This document shows, piece by piece, positions 1 through 7,413 of a stretch of DNA of 64,000 nucleotides; positions within the stretch are counted from its first letter, which is position 1; each line of letters opens with the position of its first letter. The position numbers and the translations under genes were made by a program. Under the pieces are notes generated by a model. It was not told the origin of the DNA and did not search any database. It worked only from the letters and a program-made list of their open reading frames with translations. The stretch is taken from positions 65,285-129,284 of the forward strand of contig JADFXH010000006.1 of the NCBI GenBank assembly GCA_015233675.1, written 5' to 3'. The stretch comes from Candidatus Omnitrophota bacterium (GTDB lineage Bacteria > Omnitrophota > Gorgyraeia > Zapsychrales > Fredricksoniimonadaceae).

Positions 1-24
1 GAGGGTAAATCCTTTTTTTTTCAT
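1..24 (-). CDS. 5' end (first 8 codons, MKKKGFTL) of a further type IV pilin-like gene running off the left edge
   Basis: Reverse complement of 1-24 reads ATGAAAAAAAAAGGATTTACCCTC, the same start as the pilin genes ending at 991 and 1513. It is preceded by the same AAGGAGTCAAATA RBS block (25-40). Confidence 0.5.
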
Positions 25-45
25 TATTTGACTCCTTAAGAAAAC

Positions 46-534
46 CTAAAACATACCCTCGAAAACTCCGGTACCAATTAATTTACGTGAACCGTCTGTA
101 TTTCGACAAAGTGCTATGCTGTTAGCAGGCATAGGAAACGAACCGCCAAAAGGACAACTAATATTTGAAGACACCCCAACATCAGAGTTAATAGCTATAG
201 AAATCATGTACGTACACGATGAGCCGCCGGAGCCGGAACTGAATGATCCCCAAACAAAATTAGGGGAATAAGGTAGCGGCAAGCTCGTAGACGTAATATT
301 GCAATTATGCGTTATAAGGTAGCCTTCCGCACTATCCGCATAATTTTTTAAAATAAGTGCCCCCTCTGCAGCTTTCGAACGCATAATCCAGCTATAATAT
401 GACGGCAAAGCTATAGCCGCTAAAATTCCGACGATAATTAAAACCACGATGATCTCAATGAGGGTAACCCCTTCTTTTTCGTTAGCTCCCACTTTAGAAA
501 ATTTAAAATACGCCATTGAAAACACCAGAACCAA
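46..534 (-). CDS. type IV pilin / pseudopilin-like protein with a remodelled N-terminal leader
   Basis: Contains the ..EKEG|VTLIEIIVVLIIVGILAAIALPSYYSW pilin hydrophobic helix with Glu5, and the family C-terminus LCRNTDGSRKLIGTGVFEGMF. The start is uncertain: ATG 534, ATG 516 or GTG 492. The paralogous ATG appears mutated to ACG with a 1-nt deletion, and no SD is visible. Confidence 0.75.
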   Translation of the reverse strand: MVLVFSMAYFKFSKVGANEKEGVTLIEIIVVLIIVGILAAIALPSYYSWIMRSKAAEGALILKNYADSAEGYLITHNCNITSTSLPLPYSPNFVWGSFSSGSGGSSCTYMISIAINSDVGVSSNISCPFGGSFPMPANSIALCRNTDGSRKLIGTGVFEGMF

Positions 535-991
535 TTAAAAAACGTGTTCCGTCCATAGTTCGACAAAGAAATATAGTACTATTCCCAAAAGCGGTCTGGT
601 TTTGTCCATCGGTACACACCTTTGGAAAAGTTATTGTGCCGAATTGGCCATCAGTGGGGCGAATAGTTGCCGTAATTAAGTAGTCGTACGTATATGGAGG
701 GTTAGGAGATATGTCTGAGCCACCGTAAAAATATGTAAAATTAGGTGAAGTAGGGATTGGGAGGTTGTTTGCTTGAGTATAGGCACTGCTAAAATCCCCG
801 TTGTTTATGATTATATTTTTAAAAAAGATGCCCTCAATAGTATCTGCGTAACTTTTTAAAGTAGCCGCGGCCTCAGCAGCTTTCGAACGCTTAACCCAGC
901 TATAATATGACGAGAAAGCAATAGCCGCTAGAATACCGAGAATAACCAAAACGATAATGATTTCGATGAGTGTAAATCCTTTTTTTTTCAT
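503..991 (-). CDS. type IV pilin / pseudopilin-like protein
   Basis: MKKKG|FTLIEIIIVLVILGILAAIAF is a prepilin leader plus N-methylation-type helix. AAGGAG RBS lies 7 nt upstream. The C-terminus LCRTMDGTRFLIGSGVFNGVF is shared with neighbours. Confidence 0.9.
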   Translation of the reverse strand: MKKKGFTLIEIIIVLVILGILAAIAFSSYYSWVKRSKAAEAAATLKSYADTIEGIFFKNIIINNGDFSSAYTQANNLPIPTSPNFTYFYGGSDISPNPPYTYDYLITATIRPTDGQFGTITFPKVCTDGQNQTAFGNSTIFLCRTMDGTRFLIGSGVFNGVF

Positions 992-1012
992 TATTTGACT
1001 CCTTAAAAAAAT

Positions 1013-1513
1013 TTAGAACATGCCGCTGTAAATTCCGGTACCAATTATATTACGTGTGCTGTCAAGATTTCGACAAAGATATACGGTACTATCGGAAAGG
1101 CCGATAGTGAAACCAGAGCTAGGCCATGAAGAGCACGGATTTTGATAATTTCCTGGACCTTGACCATCACCGGGGGTAATAGTTGCGGTAAGTATGTAGT
1201 AATACGTTAAGTAAGGATTCGTATTTATAACGCAGCCGTAAGGGGGTGGCGGACTATAAATAAAATTAGGTGAGGATGGGGTTGGAACGCTAGGCGGCGA
1301 ACAATAGCCTCCAGTGCCTTCAAGCCCATAGGCTCCATGTACATAAAGAGCGGCGTCAAAAGCATCTGCATATTGTTTTAAAGCAAGTGCAGCCTCAGCA
1401 GCATTCGAACGCGTAACCCAGTTAAAATATGACGAGAAAGCCAAAGTCGATAAAATACTGAGGATAATCAAAACAACGATGATCTCAATGAGGGTAAACC
1501 CTTTTTTTTTCAT
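1013..1513 (-). CDS. type IV pilin / pseudopilin-like protein
   Basis: MKKKG|FTLIEIIVVLIILSIL leader and helix. The first ~150 nt are conserved with 503-991 and the centre is variable. C-terminus is LCRNLDSTRNIIGTGIYSGMF. Confidence 0.9.
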   Translation of the reverse strand: MKKKGFTLIEIIVVLIILSILSTLAFSSYFNWVTRSNAAEAALALKQYADAFDAALYVHGAYGLEGTGGYCSPPSVPTPSSPNFIYSPPPPYGCVINTNPYLTYYYILTATITPGDGQGPGNYQNPCSSWPSSGFTIGLSDSTVYLCRNLDSTRNIIGTGIYSGMF

Positions 1514-1634
1514 TTATTACCTTTTTTTATTTAAATTAACATTATTTACAAAGATTAGCAATAAGGGCCTCAAAATTTTCTGCATTTAGATTCCCGCGAG
1601 TTTTCCTCTCACGCTTGCTTTTAGTCTATTTATA

Positions 1635-4600
1635 TTGCATATTTATACTATGAGAGCCCCATGTGTCCATATAATTATTTTAACAGCTTTTTTGGCTAAT
1701 ACATTTGGCCCTGTGCCAATGGCCCGAGCTCAAGATTTTCGATTGCCCGCACCCGGGGTCATGGTCCATTTAAGTCCGCCGCTTGATCCTCCCATACTTA
1801 AAGGGATTAAGGTCCATCCTGATGATCCGTTTCGGTTTGATTTTATTTTGGACAAAGGAGATATGCCGACCAGGGGACATGTTCAAAATAGAAAAACAAA
1901 GAACGTGTCCCCAAGCACGTTGCCAAGCGAGTCAGGGTTGAATGTAAAAGCATCCCAGGGAGAGAACCCAACGCAAAACGAACAGGAATTACGAATTGAA
2001 TCCACAAAATTAATTAAATATTTTCTCGCCAGTTTGACCATTCCTGAGAAAGACTTATGGGTTAACCTAAGTCCTTACGAAAAGGACCGAATCATCCCTA
2101 ATTCATTTGGGCTTACAGAAATGGGCCGTGATTTATTGGCTGAAGACTATATGCTCAAGCAGATAACGGCTTCTTTAATTTATCCGGAAGATGAAACAGG
2201 TAGAAAGTTTTGGAAACGTATTTACGAAGAAGCATTTAAGAAGTACGGGACAACGGATATTCCGGTCAATACCTTTAATAAAGTTTGGATAGTACCCCAA
2301 AAAGCTGTGGTCTATGAAAATGCTAAAGCAGGAACTGCATATGTGGTGGAATCGAAATTAAAAGTAATGTTGGAACAGGATTATCTTTCATTTGAGAAGC
2401 ACCAAATGCCAACCAGGGGACATGTCCCCGCATTTGGGGACGTGTTCCCAAGCACGTTGCCAAGCAAATCTAGGGCAGAAGGTGAAAGCGCCCCAGGGCA
2501 ATCTCCGTCAGCCTTACCATATCAGGAAACCAATGCCCTAGGCTCCCAAATCGTCCGTGAGATTGTCATTCCTGAATTGACCAAAGAAGTCAATGAAAAC
2601 AAGAATTTCGCTAAATTACGCCAAATTTATAACTCGCTTATTCTAGCGACTTGGTACAAAAATAAAATTAAGGAAAGTATTTTATCGCAAGTTTATGCAA
2701 ATAAAAATAAAGTAGCCGGCGTTAGTGTAGATGATCCGCAAGAAAAAGAGAGGATATATCAGAAATATTTAAGGGCGTTTAAAACAGGTGTTTTTAATTA
2801 TATTAAAGAGGGTGTTGCTTCAACAACTCAAGAAACCATGCCAAGAAAGTATTTTTCCGGAGGGGTTAACCTGGCTTTTGAGGGTACCAATTTTAGAGAG
2901 GCGGCTATGACAGCTGCTAATCCAGCACAAGTAAGTGCAGCTATTAATAAGATTACTGAATTTAATCGTGCAATGAAGGTCATTGTGGATATATCCCAAA
3001 GTAATCAAGGATCGCCTGCAATAAATAGCACAACGATGAGCGGTGTGACTGTGCAAGGAGAAACCAGGACTGCAAAGACCTGGCCGGCCAGCAAGGATGG
3101 GAAGAGATATTACCTTTATGTAAATGAGAAAGGGCGTGTCTGGCAAAGGCTGATTAATGGCTGGATTGCGGGACAGACCGGGGTAAATTTTCCTAAAGTT
3201 TTTAGAGTCGAGGGTGAAGATTATCTGAATAATCCTGATATTGCAAAGTATTGGCGTAATCGGCGAGGAGAAACGGCTGCTTATTTGGCAGCCGATATCA
3301 ATGATATGACTGTTGCGGACCTTAATGATTCAGGATCGTCCGGGTTGGAGGCCGGTCTGGTCTACTTACAGTTCTCAGGGGATCATGATATTGATTTCAA
3401 TGTAGGCTCTCCATATAACGTAATCGTTTTGAATCTAGGAGGGAAGAAAAGATATATCTATTATGATTTTGAGTTTAGTTACTATGATTCATCGAGCAGT
3501 TCACAGAAATTCATGTTGCATGGAAGTAACGCGTTCAAAAAGTACTGGGTAAGGAAGATCAATGATCTTTCTGCGCAACGGGTTGTCGATGCGCTTCGGA
3601 AGATTTATGCAATCACGACGGACAGTCTCAGTTTGGCGGCGGGCCTTTGGGGTGTTCCTGCCAATCAGATTGATTTTGTAAAATTTGAAAAACGCAAGAA
3701 ACAGAGCGTCGAAGAGATTATCCAGGGGCTAAAGGGTTTACAGCAGTCCCAGCGGGTGAAAGTGCTTTTGAATGCTATCGAAGACGCTGGTTTTTTAAAC
3801 AATCCTGATCAGGCTCTTCCTAGAAGTTTCGGCCCCAATACAGGAAAAGTGTTAGGGACTAAAAGAATAGATGCCGCGATGATGTCCGACTCTTCGTTCG
3901 CTAATGGTCACTCCTTAGCGTATGATTCCGCGGGGAAAATACTTGTTGTCAAAAGGCTGCAGGAAAGAAAAACAGATATCTTTGAACCGATAAATAAAGG
4001 AGGAGAAAATAGCGACATTTTTGATTTAGGAGATTCGGTTGTTCGAGTTCTAAAAGATAAATCTTTAGAATATAGTCCCAAACAGCTTGAAATTATTAGT
4101 TTATTAGGGCAGAGAGGCGCCAGTCCGCGTTTATTATCTAATCCGGGCAGAACAAAAGAAGGTAATTTTTATCTGCATCTTGAAAAGGTTCAGGGAGAAA
4201 ATGTGGAAGAGTTGATAGGAAGAAAAGGGAAGTTGGATGATGTAGAGATAGAAGCAGTTAAAAGACTTGTAGATATTCTTATCGAGGAGAATATAGTCGA
4301 TGATGATTTTTATATAAATAACATTATGTTAGGACGTACGCATCCGGGGGCCCCTTTAGGTGCTTTTTTGGTAGATTTTGATTATTTAGAGAGGGTCAGG
4401 TTCAGAGCTGAAGCTATTGATAGCTATATCGTAGATTTTGAAACAATGTGGAAAAAAGCAGATCCAGACGGGCATATTGTAAAATATTTGAAAAAACGGC
4501 TCTCGGCGCAACTTTTACAAGGAAACAGCGTGCAGTTTGGTCTTCAAAATCAGGAGATGATACATAGTGAAGATTTAGATTTTAATCCTGATACAACAAC

Positions 4601-5963
4601 GCTTGTTATTAAGGGTAAAAGGGGAAAAGCCCGTTTTTTAAAGTTGATCTCGGAAGGAATAAATAGTTGGATATATGATTTCGATGATTATTCAACTATC
4701 AGGGTCATGAAAACAAAAGATTTTGAAAAGACTTATCCTATAGGAATAATTAGAACGCTGGGGGAAAAAGGTGTTGTTCCCAAGGTGCTTTCAGGTCAAG
4801 GAGTAACAAAAAATGGATATTATTATTTCCATTTTCAAAAGCTTAAAGGTGTGGATGTTAACAGCATTGTTCAAGAAAAAGGGGCGCTAAATTCGGGACA
4901 GATTAATGCGGTTGCTAAACTTTTAGATATTCTTATTAAGAATGGGATATTTGTTCATGAATTCAAAAATATTTCTAAGGTCATGCTAAAGCGAGTAAAT
5001 AAGGATTTATGGTCCGCTTATTTGGTTAATACTGATATGTTTGAGGATGTGAATGAGGAAATAATACGAGATAAGAGCTATTTAATCAGGCGGTATTTTC
5101 AGGTTTTGTCGCTGGGTGGTTGGTACCGGGCTGATCGGAAAAGGAGTCTTTTTGATCATTTGTACCAGAAACTCCCGGATAATCAAAAGCTTAACGATGC
5201 AACAGAAAAAAAAGAAAACGGCCCTTCATTGACCGAAAACCATCAGTCAGATCAGTCAATGATGGCAGAAGTAAATCGCCAAACGGAATATAAGGGGAGG
5301 TTTATGTATGATAATAAGAGGTTCAATCTGGGTAGTGATTATAAGAATAGGGACGTTATTTTAAAACCTATTGATGAAGATTGGCAAAAAGGCTGGGGTG
5401 TTTATACAGGTGATAAGTTGATCGCTGTTTATAAGAATGATAAGTTTATAGTCTTGGAAATAAAGCGGCGAACGGAAAATAAGGGGAGGTTTGTGTTTAA
5501 TAAAAAGAGGTTTAATCTTGGTATTGATAATAAGAATAAGGACGTTATTATAAAGCCCATTGATGAAGATTGGCAAAAAGGCTGGGGTGTTTATATCGAT
5601 AAGCATTTAATTGCTGATTACAGAACGGTAGATGATTCTTTTATTTTATATTTTGGAGAAATTGAAAAGGATTTAAATGATCCTGCCTTAAGAGGGTTAG
5701 GGGAAGAAAATGGCGGTATAGACTTTAGCCCTGTCAATATGAATTTACAGACTAAAGTAGAAGATTCCCGCTTTCGCGGGAATGACAACGTGAAGGGCGG
5801 GGATGTTAATGGAGGGATTAAGTTTTATCTTGACCCTGCCGTGCTCCAGCAACTCCAAAATGCCCCTGGTTTTGTGCCTGTCATTATCAATATCCAGCCG
5901 ATAATAAATTTGCGTCAATTTTTGGGCATAAAGGAGAATGCCCTTGTTAAAGGAAACGTATAA
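1635..5963 (+). CDS. large modular secreted protein A. Order: signal peptide, family N-terminal domain, unknown module, two kinase-like domains, 2 x 63-aa repeat, family C-terminal tag
   Basis: Uninterrupted 1442-codon ORF. The likely true start is ATG 1650 (MRAPCVHIIILTAFLANTFGPVPMARA|QDF). The N-domain is homologous to 9881-10945. The C-terminal ~80 aa are homologous to the ends of 7414-9009 and 9881-15319. Confidence 0.85.
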   Translation: MHIYTMRAPCVHIIILTAFLANTFGPVPMARAQDFRLPAPGVMVHLSPPLDPPILKGIKVHPDDPFRFDFILDKGDMPTRGHVQNRKTKNVSPSTLPSESGLNVKASQGENPTQNEQELRIESTKLIKYFLASLTIPEKDLWVNLSPYEKDRIIPNSFGLTEMGRDLLAEDYMLKQITASLIYPEDETGRKFWKRIYEEAFKKYGTTDIPVNTFNKVWIVPQKAVVYENAKAGTAYVVESKLKVMLEQDYLSFEKHQMPTRGHVPAFGDVFPSTLPSKSRAEGESAPGQSPSALPYQETNALGSQIVREIVIPELTKEVNENKNFAKLRQIYNSLILATWYKNKIKESILSQVYANKNKVAGVSVDDPQEKERIYQKYLRAFKTGVFNYIKEGVASTTQETMPRKYFSGGVNLAFEGTNFREAAMTAANPAQVSAAINKITEFNRAMKVIVDISQSNQGSPAINSTTMSGVTVQGETRTAKTWPASKDGKRYYLYVNEKGRVWQRLINGWIAGQTGVNFPKVFRVEGEDYLNNPDIAKYWRNRRGETAAYLAADINDMTVADLNDSGSSGLEAGLVYLQFSGDHDIDFNVGSPYNVIVLNLGGKKRYIYYDFEFSYYDSSSSSQKFMLHGSNAFKKYWVRKINDLSAQRVVDALRKIYAITTDSLSLAAGLWGVPANQIDFVKFEKRKKQSVEEIIQGLKGLQQSQRVKVLLNAIEDAGFLNNPDQALPRSFGPNTGKVLGTKRIDAAMMSDSSFANGHSLAYDSAGKILVVKRLQERKTDIFEPINKGGENSDIFDLGDSVVRVLKDKSLEYSPKQLEIISLLGQRGASPRLLSNPGRTKEGNFYLHLEKVQGENVEELIGRKGKLDDVEIEAVKRLVDILIEENIVDDDFYINNIMLGRTHPGAPLGAFLVDFDYLERVRFRAEAIDSYIVDFETMWKKADPDGHIVKYLKKRLSAQLLQGNSVQFGLQNQEMIHSEDLDFNPDTTTLVIKGKRGKARFLKLISEGINSWIYDFDDYSTIRVMKTKDFEKTYPIGIIRTLGEKGVVPKVLSGQGVTKNGYYYFHFQKLKGVDVNSIVQEKGALNSGQINAVAKLLDILIKNGIFVHEFKNISKVMLKRVNKDLWSAYLVNTDMFEDVNEEIIRDKSYLIRRYFQVLSLGGWYRADRKRSLFDHLYQKLPDNQKLNDATEKKENGPSLTENHQSDQSMMAEVNRQTEYKGRFMYDNKRFNLGSDYKNRDVILKPIDEDWQKGWGVYTGDKLIAVYKNDKFIVLEIKRRTENKGRFVFNKKRFNLGIDNKNKDVIIKPIDEDWQKGWGVYIDKHLIADYRTVDDSFILYFGEIEKDLNDPALRGLGEENGGIDFSPVNMNLQTKVEDSRFRGNDNVKGGDVNGGIKFYLDPAVLQQLQNAPGFVPVIINIQPIINLRQFLGIKENALVKGNV
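1863..1929. repeat. in-frame palindromic element, copy 1 (ATGCCGACCAGGGGACATGT..ACGTGTCCCCAAGCACGTTGCCAAGC)
   Basis: Near-identical ends to the copy at 2406-2466. Internal inverted repeat GGGGACATGT/ACGTGTCCCC. Translates as MPTRGHV..PSTLPS. Confidence 0.8.
2406..2466. repeat. in-frame palindromic element, copy 2
   Basis: ATGCCAACCAGGGGACATGTCCCCGCATTTGGGGACGTGTTCCCAAGCACGTTGCCAAGC. Same termini as copy 1. It sits in a loop that is short in the paralog at 9881. Confidence 0.8.
5283..5650 (+). repeat. tandem 189-bp (63-aa) coding repeat inside protein A
   Basis: The units start at about 5286 and 5475. ATTGATGAAGATTGGCAAAAAGGCTGGGGTGTTTATA occurs verbatim in both. At peptide level the repeat is KGRF.(Y/F).NK+RFNLG.D.KN+DVI.KPIDEDWQKGWGVY. 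Confidence 0.9.
5764..5786. repeat. small hairpin element ATTCCCGC-TTTC-GCGGGAAT(GAC) embedded in frame (peptide SRFRGNDN)
   Basis: Perfect 8-bp stem. Related hairpins occur at 50375-50392 and 43615-43664. It corresponds to an insertion relative to the C-terminal tag of 7414-9009. Confidence 0.75.
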
Positions 5964-6132
5964 TCCTCTTTTTTTTATCGTTGATTAAAATCCAATAAAA
6001 ATGCTTTGCCAAAGTCGTTTATGATGATAAAAAGAATCAAGTTCTACAACTCGCTTCATGAAGGGAATATTAACCAAGGGTTAAATTATAGACGATGGCT
6101 TCCCATATCTTCAAGCATAAAAAGGGAGAGTT

Positions 6133-7347
6133 GTGAGAAATATTCCTTTGCCTCTTATAGTTATTCTTTTCTTATCTGCTAGCTTTTCTTTCGCCGATGA
6201 TGGTGTTCTTTTTAAGAGTCAAAGAGAATTTTTGGCATCTAAAGGACTTACGTTTGATCCTTATGTCATTGAAGATTATGCCAGTATTTATAAAGGGGGC
6301 CTTATTGATAATAATACCTGGCTTGGGCGGTTTGATTTTGTCAGTGAATTTGATTTGGAAAAAGCGGGACTTCTTAAAGGGGGACTGGTCCATTTAGATG
6401 TTTTAAATGCGCATGGCGGTTTAAAACCGACGACTGACCATATGGTCGGTGATTTACAAATTGTCAGCGACATTGAAGCTACCCGTTCAAGCCGTATTTA
6501 TGAGGGATGGTACAGCCAAAGTTTTTTTGATAATAAATTATCAATAAAATTTGGTATAGTTGACCTGGGTTCGGAATTTTTAGTCAGTGATTCAGGCAAT
6601 CTTTATATCAATAGCTCTCTTAATCTTCTGCCTTCTATGTGGTTCAACAATTATAGTGATGCGGTCTATCCCGAGCCTGTCCCGGCAGTAAGGTTTAAAT
6701 ATTCTCCTAATGAACATTTCGATTTTTTAGCGGGATTGTTTCAAGGTAATCCTTTAAATAGCGATATTAACGCCCATAGTACTCATTTCGGTGATGGAGA
6801 AGGCCTTTTGAGCATTGAAGAAGGGCAGTATCATTATAAATTGCCTATAGCTGAAGGGTTGGCGGGAACCTTTAAAGGAGGTTTTTGGTATAACAGCAAA
6901 GATGTGCAGGATGTTTCTTCTCTTGATTCTAGCGGCAATCCGCTCTTATACGACGACAATTATGGGGCATACGCTATGATTGACCAGAGGGTGTTTCAAG
7001 TCAATGAGAGCCAGGGGCTTAATGTATTCTTTTTTGGCGGTGGCGCACCCGAAGACCGTAATACAATACAAGATTCTTTTGCGGGCGGACTTAATTATAC
7101 TGGACTTATACCTTGCCGTCCCAAGGACGTAACAGGGGTTGCTTTGACCAATGCTGCTATTAGCAATAAATTGCGCGCAGTAACAGGTCAGGATAAAGAT
7201 GAGACAACGTATGAATGGACGTATCAAATTAAAATCAAAGATAATATTTTTTTGCAGCCTGATATTCAATATGTCCAACATCCAAACGGTAACAATGCCA
7301 TCAAGAATGCCAGCGTTTTTATGTTGAGAACCGAAATTCATTTTTAA
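6133..7347 (+). CDS. carbohydrate-selective porin OprB-family-like outer-membrane beta-barrel
   Basis: Signal peptide (LFLSASFSFA|DD). N-terminal pattern KGLTFDPYV.EDYASIYKGGL....LGRFDFVSEFDLEKAG.LKGG..HLDVLNAHG is typical of OprB porins. Terminal aromatic residue (..RTEIHF). Confidence 0.6.
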   Translation: MRNIPLPLIVILFLSASFSFADDGVLFKSQREFLASKGLTFDPYVIEDYASIYKGGLIDNNTWLGRFDFVSEFDLEKAGLLKGGLVHLDVLNAHGGLKPTTDHMVGDLQIVSDIEATRSSRIYEGWYSQSFFDNKLSIKFGIVDLGSEFLVSDSGNLYINSSLNLLPSMWFNNYSDAVYPEPVPAVRFKYSPNEHFDFLAGLFQGNPLNSDINAHSTHFGDGEGLLSIEEGQYHYKLPIAEGLAGTFKGGFWYNSKDVQDVSSLDSSGNPLLYDDNYGAYAMIDQRVFQVNESQGLNVFFFGGGAPEDRNTIQDSFAGGLNYTGLIPCRPKDVTGVALTNAAISNKLRAVTGQDKDETTYEWTYQIKIKDNIFLQPDIQYVQHPNGNNAIKNASVFMLRTEIHF

Positions 7348-7413
7348 GAGTGGACAGCAAAGTTGTGCGATGGATAATATTTGTTTCAGGGTTTAATTGT
7401 CATGGGGTAGTCG

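Noticed and set aside
2820-3146. Antisense or alternative-frame ORFs inside strongly supported genes. Examples: 2820-3146, 5361-5606, 6172-6473, 6946-7341, 7581-8568, 12235-12468, 16649-17325, 18025-18432, 26888-27669, 37393-37857, 51436-52235, 56363-56909, 59478-59940
   Set aside because: All lie fully within, and opposite or out of frame to, long ORFs with clear family motifs. They have low-complexity or biased composition and no RBS, and are treated as spurious.
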